DNA of 64,000 nt. It comes from Lama guanicoe. Its lineage: Eukaryota. The DNA lies in NCBI GenBank assembly GCA_013239625.1, contig MU053513.1, forward strand, positions 1,228,927-1,292,926, given 5' to 3'. A model generated the notes under the pieces. That model had not been told where the DNA came from and did no database searches. It saw only the letters and a list, made by a program, of their open reading frames with translations. Numbering within the stretch: position 1 is the first letter of the stretch; every line of letters starts with the position of its first letter. The translations under genes and the position numbers were made by a program. Positions 13,831 to 25,481 of the stretch are shown here, in pieces.

Positions 13831-15609
13831 GTCTCAGGTGGGTAAAAGGATGCACCCAGAATGCTGAGTGTTTATCTCTGGGTAGTGAGATTTGGATGAT
13901 TGTTTTTAATTTTAATTTGTAGTTTACTATATTTTCTTATAATAAAATTTTATAGTTAAAGAAAACATTTCATTTTTCAAAGCAGCTTGAGGGAACATAA
14001 TAACATGAAATTTAATAGGTTCCCCAATAAGGAGAAGATGTCCGTGGAAACAAAGGGAGATCTTTCCAACGGAGTTCCTAAAGCATGAGAGCGCCCTCTC
14101 CACCCTCACACCTACACATGCCAGCTTCCCGGGGCCTCTGCTGCCTCGTCCTGGCTCCTACATTGTCTCTCTCTGTCATTCATGCGGTTTTTATTTTCTT
14201 TGTCTTCTGGTCCTCTGCCCTGACCATAAATGCAAGAAGCCAAATAAAGGAAGATGGAATCATAGTAAGAACAGTAACAATTACTGTTGCTGCTCCAGCT
14301 ACAGCGTTATTATTTAATACTTAACTAACGCACCGCTGGGCCCAGAGTTCTCCACTATTACTGAAGCAGTTAACCTTCTGCCCTGCTCCCAGGCAAGGCC
14401 AGAAAAATATAAGTGGTCATATTTATGTCTTGTTAAAAGAGGAAAGAGAAGGAATAGGACGATGCACGTAACAGATTGGAGGAGCGAGTGCAAAGATCGT
14501 GAATAAGTTAAAGGAGCTAGAAAGGACGGTTTCTAGAATCTAGGTCGGGAGTACTTCCCCTGGTCATGTTTCTGTGTCTGCTTTTCTCTCCGCCTGGAGA
14601 GACACCCAGCCTCTTTGTTCAGCAAGAGCCTGCCGAGAGAATAAACCGATGAGTAAATAAATTAACAAGCAGATTAAAGCATAAGTGATTTTTAATTGTC
14701 TTCATTTACATTATTAATGTTCCCAGCCTTGCTTTTCTTTATTTTCAGTCCTTTCTAACACTTTCTTAGCCTAAATTCTTGGAAACAGTTAGTGGTTTTT
14801 GTAACCTTCGTTTTACCAACATTTATTTCTCTTTTATGTCCTGAATCACTTTCCTTGTCAAAAGATAGTATAAACTATTAATCTGAATTTTTAAATTTAT
14901 GTTATCTAACAATTTTTCTTCTACTCATGTTTCATTACTTGAAAAACCTTCTAGCTTTTAATATTAACTTCTTACAACCTGCTATATTCTGATCTTGTTC
15001 TAACCTTGCTCGGACCTGTCCAAAACACTAGTTTCTTATCTGCAGCTTTTTATCACTCTAGAAATTATATACATTATTATCTCTTTTCTCCTTGGTTTTA
15101 CATTACAATTTACATTACTTGACTTTGGATCACATTTATTTCCAGTAATTTTTCCCTCCAAATCATATACTACAGATATTTATATGTTATCAAAAATAAT
15201 CTCATCCATTACATTCATGACGAATACTGGCTATTCTATTATAAAGTATAATCGAATATCATCATATTTCCATTTTCTATACATGTCCTCTCTTCTCCTT
15301 TTCAATAAGTCCTGTTGATTAAGGCCATAGATATTGTGACCAATTAAATCAAAGAGACTGTTATTCTGTATCTAGAACACCGCCCAGCAGTTGGTAGGTG
15401 CTCAATAAATCTGTCAATTAAATAAACCAGTAATTACTTGCAGACCACCAAATCAGAAGTAATAGCTTCCTACTCCAGTGCCATCATTCATTTAATAACT
15501 AATTAAAAAGTGCCTTTGATCATTGCGTTGACAGACGATCTCTCGTTGGCTTTTATGGATTGGCAGCATTAATATTTAATAGTAACAGACAATAATGATA
15601 ATAGTATAA

Positions 15610-15800
15610 TGACTGAAGCATATGGTACTGTGTCAGGCACTATTTTAACTTACATACGTTAATTTATTTAGTTCTCACAGCAACCCAGTGAAATAAGTAC
15701 TATGACCCTACCAAGTCTACACGTGAGGAAACTGAGGCAAAAAGTGGTTAGGGACATCTGGAAAGTGGAAGAAACAGGACTTGAGCCCAGACTCTTCTAT
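15610..15800 (-). mobile_element. MIR
   Basis: Core 'gaggaaactgaggc' with 'gtcaggcactattttaa...ctcacagcaaccc'. Confidence 0.7.
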
Positions 15801-18681
15801 TGCCTCTTCAAGAGCATATTACCTCTTACTCTATTTCTTTTACTCCAACTAAGTTATAGGCTCTTTGGGGAAAGAGCTTTATCTTTTACTCCCTGGAAAC
15901 AGTCACAGCCCCAAGAGAAATGCCTTATGCATAACATTCTCAATATTTTTTGCTGATGTTAACTTCATTCAAAAATGATTAATACCTCATAAGTTATTAT
16001 AATGATAAATTATTAGAATATTCGAACTCCAATAAGATGCAAAAGATCAGCACAAAACATCTTTACTTCTCGTGAGGCCGTGAAATAGGGAGCAATAATC
16101 TGAACCTTCAAGTGGAAAATGCCCAAGAACGTTTTCTGGAGCTATGAGCTCCCCCGTCCCTTTCCAGTGCAACCAAACCTTCTCAACAGAGGACTGAAAT
16201 GGAAAACATCTGAACAGATGATTGTTTCTAATTGAGATGCTGGGTGGCAATGCCTGCAATGGCTTTTTGAGGATTTGGAGATTGTGTTGAGCATTTACTC
16301 TGTGCCAATCCCTGTGTCTCGAGAAAAATTGCAAGGGCAGATTATATTTTCTGCCCCTTTTAAGTGCTTTTAAGTGAGTACTGTTATTATAATCAGTCCA
16401 CAGATGCACAAAATTGGCTGAGAGTAACTCCAGGTCACTCCAGGTGGGGTTGGGACCCTGCCCCCTGCCTGAGCTTGAATAATTACAGTATTCTAAAAGA
16501 AAGGCTTGATTTGGGTACAACTAAAATAACTAAAGAGAATCCTACGAAATCCAATTGTCTCCGTCTCCTTTGCCATCACACCGCAGCCACACTCCATTTT
16601 AGCATTTCACAATCTGAATTTAATTTGGGGATTCAGTAGCTCAGGAGGAGTGAGCGAAACCACCTCCTTTTCTGTATAAAGCGACAACTGTACCCACACC
16701 TCGGGGGCATTGCCATCCTGACACCCAGCACAGAGGATGGGCAGAATGACAAATTTACACAAGCTTTGAAAGGTAGTATGTGCAAATATCCAGAGACAAA
16801 TTTCTCCTATTGAGTGAAATCCTCTGTAGATACAGAGCAGTAGCATTGCTATACCAGGTAAAATATATCTGGTGTGGCTGTAAGCACCTTCCAAAGCAGG
16901 TGTAAATGGAATGCATTTTATATACCTCCTGTAAGTGTAAGACTAAGCAAATAAAGTTACAATGGGCAACCCAGAGAGATTCTGGACACATCAACATCTT
17001 GAATTGTTCTTCAAATGTTTGGGAGTTTAATAAAAACCCCAAAACACATTAAGCCAGAAGAGTTTTAGATCCATGAGGGTATAAATTTAATCCACATGTT
17101 TCTGATTCATTTACACTTGAATCATTCAAGCAATGTTTTGTAAGTGCTGTCTCAAACGTCTATGATATCTTTGGCCATTTTTATGTCTTTCTCCTTAAAA
17201 GCAGGAAGTCATATTTTGCCAAGAGTAAATAAACTTAAAATACCAAAGTATTCCAGACCACCATGCACATCTGAAGCAACAGATTTTTGTGTAAAGTCTC
17301 GACCTAGCAGTGTCTTTTTTTTTTTAATTGATTGACTTTTGCTGGTCCAGTTTTACCCCATACAGTTCCATGAAGGGAGAGAAAATACTCAAAGGAGTTC
17401 AATTCCAAAGGCCTATACATAGCTCAATATATACCAGATCACACTGTAAACCTATGTGTAATATAATGTATATTGAGATACTGTGTGAATAGAAGATCGC
17501 CCCAAGCTGGCTGGATTCTGCAGGAAACAGACTTAGAGACAGAGATCTTACATGCAGGAATTGTTCTGGAGAGTGTGAGGCGATGAGGAAAGCAGGATTT
17601 CAGAGAGGGAGAAGCAGGTCTGGAATGCAGTTACAAGCTCTGAAGCACGGATGACCCTTCAGAAGTGTCCGACATGAGGCAATGAGGTCAACCGATTGAG
17701 TCCTGATCTCATCAGCATAGTTTCAAAGTGGAAATGAGGACCGTCACCCACTGAGCCCTCCTTCACATGACATTCATTTAGCAAAGGAATTAAGCCCAAT
17801 TCTGTGCCAGACGTCGGTCCCTTTCTTCAAGGAGCTTACATGCCAGAGGCAGAAGCCAAACAACCTCGAAATAAACACAGTTAAAGGTACCCCGAGTTGT
17901 CAGATCCTGCTAAGTGCTACGGGAGAAATAAAGCCAAGGAATGGAAGAGAGAGAGAAAGGGTACCTTTGAAAACAGCCCAGCTAGACAGCATGACATTAA
18001 AGAGAGGAGTCAGGGGAGAGCCACATGGATGTCAGGAGGAAAGCACTCCAGGTAAGAGGACGCCGAGGCTTCAGGGACAGGGATGTGTCCCCAAATCTCT
18101 TTGAAGGTCCTGTCGCTGACCTCACACCATGTACTCTGTGCCCACCCAAACATGAGAGCAGCCCGAATTCTTATCATGTAAAAATACATTAATATATCTC
18201 TAAAGCATACCTTTTCTCTTCTGGATATAAATTTTGAGTTACTTAAGAATGTTTACACATTGTTCACATTTTCTTTTCACTTGAAGCATATAAATGTACC
18301 TCTGTCCACCATCCTTTTGGTGTAGAGACAGGTGCACAGACCCATACACGGAGTTCCATTACACAGTTCTTAATTACGATCCTGAGAGCCAACCTTTCAA
18401 AGAACGCAATCCTCCCCAATAGCTGAAATGTCCTCTTTTGCTGTGTTGTTCCGTCATTTGCCACTCGCTCTGTGAGACCTGGTCATTCTGATGCCAACGC
18501 CTTTAGCAATTCAGTAAAATTCAATTAACCATTCAGTTCTTTGATTTATATCTGACAAATATCTTCGTGACCAAATGTTTGACTCTATTGACTAGAAATA
18601 CTAGCATAAAATTAGCAACCTCAGGAAACTCAAATTCAAACTCTGCTCATGCAAGAAAACACATTTCCTGGGTAAACTCAC

Positions 18682-18746
18682 CTACGTAAGATACCATTTT
18701 TCTCTGCAGATATTTTATACTTCTTTTCCCAATTCAAAATGATCCT
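18682..18746 (-). CDS. PTGFR: Candidate alternative cassette exon of PTGFR (65 nt; tandem acceptors give 68 or 70 nt)
   Basis: Pyrimidine tract gtgtttttcttctcttc, then AAG/AG/CAG acceptors; consensus donor TAG|GTGAGT at 18682|18681. Reads RIILNWEKKYKISAEKNGILR in phase with exon 2. Confidence 0.6.
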
Positions 18747-19544
18747 CTGCTCTTGAAGAGAAGAAAAACACCTGAATGGCCTTCCAGGAACAGATCGCTG
18801 AAGTTTAATTGTATTATAGAGTGACAACTGCTGACTTAGGGAACAGATTAAAAACAACCATTTGGTTTAAACATCTGCTCAAGTAACTCTCATGTACAAA
18901 ACTCAGAATCCACATTCTGGTCAATCATTTCCAATCTCCTGACATTCATACTACTTAAGTTACAGTCAACCAGTCAACAAGTATTTACTGCTCTGCCGAA
19001 CTAGTGAAACAAGCACAGCGATAATAAAAAATCCCTTTTAGGATTACATATTCTAGAAATGGAACATTAAAAAGAACCATTACCCACAGAACGACAGAAA
19101 CAAACAATATTTTTTAAAATGTTATCTGAAAGTGCTGGTAAATGTCTTCTTTTCCCCCTCACTCTAGAAACATCAAAAGAATACCTTCAAGATTGATTTA
19201 TTAAGAAGTGATTCACTTAGGATGCCCAGAAGACAATTTTATAATTGCCATTTGGCCATCAAGGATATTTGTATTAACTTGTTCCTAAATGGAACTGTAA
19301 GCTAAGTGCCTATTGTATTTTCCCTGTATTTTTCAGTTGGGATTGTAATGAAATGAATTTATATGAGTTAACCGTGTTTAAAACTATAAAATTCAGATAT
19401 TGTAAAGTTTTAAAGGTCCTTAACAAGTTATATTTTCAACTAATATTATGATTTTCTATATTTCTGAATCTCAGTTCCTGAAAGCACACATACACTTCCT
19501 ACTTTGTGAAAATAAAAAAAAAAATTAAATTAAAAAAAATCACC

Positions 19545-19850
19545 AGAGGGGATTTACAGGGTAGTGAAAGTATTCCATATGATGCAGTAATGGTGGACGC
19601 ATCTGTCAAACCCCACACACTGTACAACACAAAGAGAGAACCCTAATGTAAACTGTAAACTTCAGTCAGTAATAATGTATTCATATTGGCTCATCAACTG
19701 TAGCAAATGTCCCACCTCAATGCCAGATGTTAATAATAAGGATGTCTGGGGCAGGAGGGGTGGAGACACAAGAAGGTATATGTGGACTCTGCTTTCCACT
19801 CATTTTTCTGTAAACCTGAAACTACCCAAGAAAAATAAAGTCTATCAAAA
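19545..19850 (+). mobile_element. Old L1M 3' end
   Basis: 'tgtacaacacaaagagagaaccctaatgtaaact...aaaataaagtctat'. Confidence 0.75.
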
Positions 19851-20309
19851 GCGAGAGAGGGAGATTTCATGATCACTTTCCCTTTGTATTAGTTAAAACT
19901 GATCATCTAAATGAATAAAGTATCCCCTTTTGCATCAGCTACGAGTTGAAATAGTTTTAGAAATGATGCCACTATTGGTAAGTTTTGATGCAATAAACCC
20001 TGCCAAGCCCAGGCATCATTGTCGGCACGACCCACCGCCTCCCTTTAGGGTGTGCTCCTGGACCCTTCTTCCAGTTTGACACTTGAAAGTGACAGTGAAC
20101 ACAGGAGTCAAAGAGTGTGTACACACGTTCATTCCAATTACAAATTCAACATTTCATACGTATCAACCACAGAGAGAAGGTACGTGTATAATGGAGGGCA
20201 TTGATCTGGGAGCTGTCACAATTACAGTGCATCTGTAGGCACTGAGAAGCTTGGTTTCAGAGATACGTTAAAAGTCAAGAAGTTTTTAAAGGAGGGTGGA
20301 CTGGTGAAT

Positions 20310-20465
20310 GGGGAGGGTGTAGCTCAGTGGTGGAGCTCATGCTTAGCATGCACGAGGTCCTGGGTTCAATCTCCAGTACTTCCATTAAAAATAAGTAAGT
20401 AAATGTAAATAAATAAACCTAATTTATCTCCCCCACAAAAGAAATAAAAAATTTAAAAAATAAAA
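20310..20465 (+). mobile_element. tRNA-derived SINE (camelid vic-1 type)
   Basis: GGGGAGGGTGTAGCTCAGTGG (A box), GCTTAGCATGCACGAGGTCCTGGGTTCAATC (B box), A-rich tail. Confidence 0.85.
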
Positions 20466-22991
20466 CAGGGTGGAGAACAATGGCTCAGTCTTTTACACCC
20501 ATGCAGTCCCTCCTGGGCATTTAGGGGAAACAGGAGAAATGTTTCAACTGAGGAGTGAGTACTGGCTGTTATTGTGGCATTCCCAAGCCTGACTTTTACA
20601 CTCTGGTTCCCTTTAGAGCTGTCTGATGACCTCAACCTAACATGCCAGGCACTTGTGTCCAGACCACAAGTTATAAATCCTTTAGCCAGAACTTGCCATG
20701 AAGACCCAAGTCTCCACAAGAGGAAGAATGCCAGGAACAACTCAAAACATCAGCCCCCAAGGAGTATCTGTGGGAGACCTACTACGCAACCAACGCAGAA
20801 ATAATGTTTACCCTAAAAAGCGTTTTAGAAGCATTGACATATTGGCGTCACAGATGTAGCAATAATTCTTTAAGAGAATGCAGATCTCAGAAAATGTTCC
20901 ACAAAAACATAAAACTATGTTTCCACTAGGAAATATGTTTAGAATATGGATTAAATTGTAACATCTATTTTAACAGTAAAGAAAGCCAAAAATTCAGGAA
21001 AAGAAACTAGAGAAAAACATAAATTCAAAATATCCACGGCGAGAATAAAATTTCGCTACTGTCCATCATCTTACAGTAGTTGACCTATAACTCCTATTTC
21101 TCACCGTCAAAAGGCAGAACTGAGCAGACTTTTAAAGATGACCCAGAACAAACTAAAAACTGAAACACCAGTGATTACTCCAGTTGTCCAGATTATCTGT
21201 CTCTCACTGAGTTCACTATTTCACGGTTTCTGGGTTTTCTCCAGAGCTCTGATCTTCATTTTAAATTTTTCATTAAATATTTTCAGCTACCTCTTTTCTC
21301 CCCGTCTCAGTATTCCCTTTCTAGCCCTCAAATTCATCTCATTTTTTTTTCTCAGACACACTTTTTTATTTTGAAAAGCTACTCTATCTCAAAGTTGAAG
21401 GCAAAAAAAGGAGCATTGTCTAAGGGAATTCCCTTTGTCAAGCAGTATAAATTAAACTCTCCAAGGATGAACACTGAAATGATTCCAAGTGTTGATAGAA
21501 CTGGTCTCTCCTATTCAGATTCAAACAACCAAACCATGAGCTCAGATCAGACCCCTACATGGGTTCACCTAAGGCCTCCTAAACTGACAATAAGCAGGTC
21601 TCAGAAGGTTGACTTCCCATTGACAGATGGAGCCCAGTCTCTCGTAGGTTGGGCACCGAGGACCAATTCCAGGACATCATAGGAGAAAAGAATATTTAAA
21701 TGATACAATTCAAGGAGCTAAATTCCAATTGTGAGAAAATACATTGGAAAAGAAATCAGGAAACATTTAAAAAGTAGAAGTCATTTTGCAGAATAAAATT
21801 GACTGCCATAGGATCTGTCCACAAAAGCCCAAAAAGCAGCTCTCAGAAACTTTTCTGTTCCCCAGGACCATCAGGATTGTCTATGAAAACTTCACTGGCA
21901 ACAATTTTTGGACAATGGGCCTGTGGGGACCTAGAAAAACTGCATTAGTAACTAACAAGCCCCTTCATACTACTACGCGATGTATGACCACGACCTCGGT
22001 GTCATGTCTGCCAGCATCTCACCTGCGTATTTTTACCTTACTTCTACCTGCGTATCTACCATTTGGATACTGGCCTGTTTCCCCACTGGTACAGAAAAGG
22101 GAATGAAAATAATCTTTGCTGCCCTGAGAAGCTACCTACACAAGGATGTTTCCTCTTTCATATGTTGTCACTTTTTCCATCATAAACTGCTGGAGAGAGT
22201 TACAGTCATACTTATCAATCATAAGTATTTTTCGTCTTCCACCTAGAAAGTCATATAAATGATTTATGTTTGTGGCTAATTCTTTAACTTTACCTTTCTG
22301 CCTTCACTTCCAAATAGAAATAACAAGATGTTAAATATAGCTGCAGGCTAAATTAAAAAAGAGGAAGGATTGAAATGAAGAGAATCCCAGGCTCTCCTGC
22401 CAATCATACCTCTCCCTGCCTTCCTGGCAGCCTGGGTTAGTGAATTAGTGATTTCTTTACCTGATCTACCCATTGAGCTCACCTGAACCATCCAACTATC
22501 TCAACTCAGCACCTCCCTTTGCAGGCTGAGATTCGGTCCTTGTGTGTTGAGAAGAACCCAGTCTATAAGTTAAATGTCTATGAGAATTACTACCAAGGCT
22601 TACTGGAGTCCATTCCAATATTGTTTCATAGTTGGTCGTTTTCTTTCACATTTTAGAAACTAATCGTATTCAGTGTATGTAAACTATGTCACTTTTACTA
22701 AAGTTACTTGATGTCACCCTGCAAGCAGGTCACACTACAGTTAGAACTGTTTAGCAAGATATATCTTTTAATTCAGGGCTTACAGGGAAATAACCATCTG
22801 TGTCATAAATAGCTTAAATCTAAAGCTATTTAGAGTGCTAAAATAAGATCTGAGTAGGGGTAAATTCCAGCATTTAAAAGATGAAACAGCACTGCCCATC
22901 AAGGCTAACAACTTTGAAAAACTCAGCAAAGACTGTACTGAATGTAGATTAACTGAAGAAAGCAGAAATTGTCAAAACCATAGGTCCTTAC

Positions 22992-23789
22992 CAGAAACGG
23001 ACTCCAGCAAACACAGGAGACACACATGATAGCGAGGAGCTGGATGACCATTTCAAAGTGATGAGACTTGCCTTGTCTGTGCTGCTGACTTTTAAATGTA
23101 ACTCTTAAAAGTGAAATGCCTGTGATGGCATTGCACAAGAGTGAAATACCAAGGGCTAGGAGCCCCAGAAAAGAAAAGAGTAGAAGATAAAACCTATCTT
23201 CCCAGTCTTTGATGTGCTCTGTTTTGTAGAAACACCACGTCCTTGACGCCTGAATTTTATAGTCACGATGCCCAAGGATGGGTAGCAAAGCGATGAAAAC
23301 GGCAAAAAAGCACACGCCACTCAACATCATTTTAACATGTTTGGATGTAAGTTTCGTAGAGTGAAATATTGGTTTGGTGACACCAATACATCGCTCAATG
23401 GCCATCACACTGCCTAGAAAAAGTGGGCACAGACCAGAGAATACCAGGCAGATACCAAAAATACTGCAAAGGACGTTTGATTGGTCAAAGTGGATCCAGT
23501 CTTTATCAGAAGCATATACAAAGACTGCTATAGCTCCATTGATGAGGTGGCCAAAAAAATCTGTGATTACCAGAGCACTTGCCAAAAGCAAAAACGATGC
23601 CTTGTATTTCTGTCTAAATCTCTGGTATGCCTTCATGAGAATCGCGATGGCAAGGCTGTTTGATAATATTCCCACTGTCATGAAGATTATTGAAAAAGAT
23701 ATTGAAGTCCCTTTTTCTGTCTGGCAAGTCGTATTTGACAGGAGCCCAGCTGCAGGAGACACTGGCTGTTTGGAATTGTTCATGGACAT
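22992..23789 (-). CDS. PTGFR: Prostaglandin F2-alpha receptor (FP), first coding exon, codons 1-266 (N-terminus to end of TM6); last coding exon lies outside the window
   Basis: Translation MSMNNSKQ...MAIERCIGV...QASRTWCFY...CWSPFL shows the prostanoid-receptor ECL2 motif and ERC in place of DRY. It spans 798 nt and ends at a phase-0 donor CTG|GTAAGG (22992|22991), the conserved TM6 intron position of prostanoid receptors. Confidence 0.98.
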
Positions 23790-23861
23790 TGTTGTGGAGA
23801 TAAAAGCCGTCCACTCAAGTCATCTCCCTCTCAAGACAGTGCAAGCTTGCAGTCCAGAGAT
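23790..23861 (-). other. PTGFR: 5' UTR portion of PTGFR exon 2 (72 nt)
   Basis: Acceptor ttctctgtcttcatactacAG|ATCTCTGG with AG at 23863-23862, 72 nt before the ATG; total exon length 870 nt. Confidence 0.9.
23820..23861 (-). CDS. Upstream ORF, exon-2 part (ISGLQACTVLRGR*)
   Basis: Continuation after splicing; TGA at 23822-23820, same frame as the PTGFR ATG. Confidence 0.55.
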   Translation of the reverse strand: MSGLQACTVLRGR

Positions 23862-25303
23862 CTGTAGTATGAAGACAGAGAAATCATGAGCACTGGACTG
23901 CTGTTCGTCTGACATTTAAGGTCAAAGCACCCCAGCACCCTGCGGTGGGAATCAGATTTATCTGGCCTATCACGAGCAAGATTACATCATCCAGAAAACA
24001 GCACACATCTGCCTGCGGTTCCACATTTCATTTTCAAGGTAAAGAAGCTACCAGAATTGAGACCCCCGCCCCCTTGGTTAACCTCTGTGGCTAACTCTGC
24101 AAATGGGCACCTCCTACATCTCCTCCTGACACGTCACTGACACCTTAAAACCCTGAAGGTTTACAAAGTCACTAGCAAGATTAGATTTAAACCCAATCGA
24201 GTTTTTAAAAGCATAATAGCCTATTTTAATAACCGGATGACCTTCTGAAGTTTCTGCTTTTTTGTCTGATGGGTTTTGTCCGCAGAGTGCAGATTATTCC
24301 TTTAGGAACTGTGTCTGCTTGTCAGGCAGACAAAATACTCTCCAAACTTTGGGAGGGAGCAAAATTCACTGACGCTGAATGGGGTTTCTCTGAATAAATT
24401 CTAAAACTATTTGATCTCGATCAAATAGCAACAAACCACACGTATCAGTGGCCCAGGAGACGGGTCGGTGTTGAGTCTCTAGGGGGGGCTTTCTGGTCCA
24501 GCTACCACCTGTGCAGAAATCCCGGGTCCTGACGGGAAGGGTTGGCTGCGCTCGCTGTGAGCACATCTGCCTGGTGCTGCTGATTAAGCCAGTTTCGGGG
24601 CAGCAGCATGCAATGTGAATTATTTATTTGTCGCTCTTTCCCTCGTGAGTCGAGAACTGAGTCACAGACCCTCTATACCCACCACCACTGCCACCCCGCC
24701 CCGAGTTAATTCGCCTGGCGTTTCCCGAGCAGCTTTCCGGGAGGCTAGAACTCCGGAGCCAGCCTTTCCTGGGACCGGCCCAAGCGGGGCCGCCCCGGTT
24801 GCCTGGAGGGCCGCCGCCTCCTTCGGGTCTTACTCACAGCTTTCACCCACAACTACCCCGCCGCCCCCAGGCCTCTGCTTGCAACATCCTTCCCAAACCT
24901 CTTAACTTGCTGAAACTTTCAGCGATTGCTCAAACGCCAGAGGGCCGGCTTCCCTCCCACCCGGGGGTGCGCCAAAGGCCTGGGCCGGCCTCGGTGCCGG
25001 AGTGGGGCGGGCAGGGAACCAAGGGGGCATTTACGCATTTCCTTCTCCGAGACCCTTTCTACCCGGTCCCCGTGAGCGCAGCTCAGAATCCGGATGGGTG
25101 AGCAAGGATACCCTGTTCTCCGCGGGCCTCCCCAGCTTGGGCATCTGGTCCAAACTTGTTGCCAAGCGCAGGCAAAGGTGCGCTCTAGCGCTGCCGGCTG
25201 CAGCCGCCGAGCGCCCGGGGGTGAGGTGGCTAGACCTCAGTGGGGTCTGAGCATCCGAAGGCCAGCTCGTGGGAATCCAGCCACTAGAGGGGTGATTGGT
25301 TAC

Positions 25304-25369
25304 CTTGTGATCCCGGGCCGCGGGCAGGGCTCTCGGAGGAGCAGAAGAGCGCGCCGGGCCGTGGGCCAT
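25304..25369 (-). CDS. Upstream ORF, exon-1 part (MAHGPARSSAPPRALPAARDHK)
   Basis: gggATGG strong Kozak context at 25369; exactly 22 codons to the exon-1 donor. Confidence 0.55.
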
Positions 25370-25481
25370 CCCGCCCCAGCTTCGCTCCTCAGCCGCCGCA
25401 GGTCCCGCCGGCGCCGCGCCGCGCCGCGCCGCGCTCTGGCCCCGGCTCCGGCTCCGGCTGCGGCTGGATGGAGTTCAGTCT
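25304..25481 (-). other. PTGFR: PTGFR exon 1 (5' leader); 5' end approximate
   Basis: Donor CACAAG|GTAACC at 25304|25303 inside the CpG island. The spliced junction resembles the human PTGFR 5' UTR as I recall it. The TSS cannot be fixed from sequence alone. Confidence 0.75.

Larger units (their letters stand above)
1..22991 (-). other. PTGFR: PTGFR intron 2 (incomplete)
   Basis: Begins at GTAAGG. No TM7 or C-terminal coding sequence was recognised in the window. Confidence 0.85.

Noticed and set aside
16047..16520. 157-aa minus-strand intronic ORF
   Set aside because: Non-ATG start, no domain-like features and no convincing splice sites.
20310..20385. tRNA-Ala-like sequence
   Set aside because: Followed by an A-rich SINE tail and has dispersed degenerate copies (41949, 58535); a SINE, not a tRNA gene.
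23374..23889. 171-aa plus-strand ORF
   Set aside because: Antisense shadow of the PTGFR coding exon; no recognisable protein.
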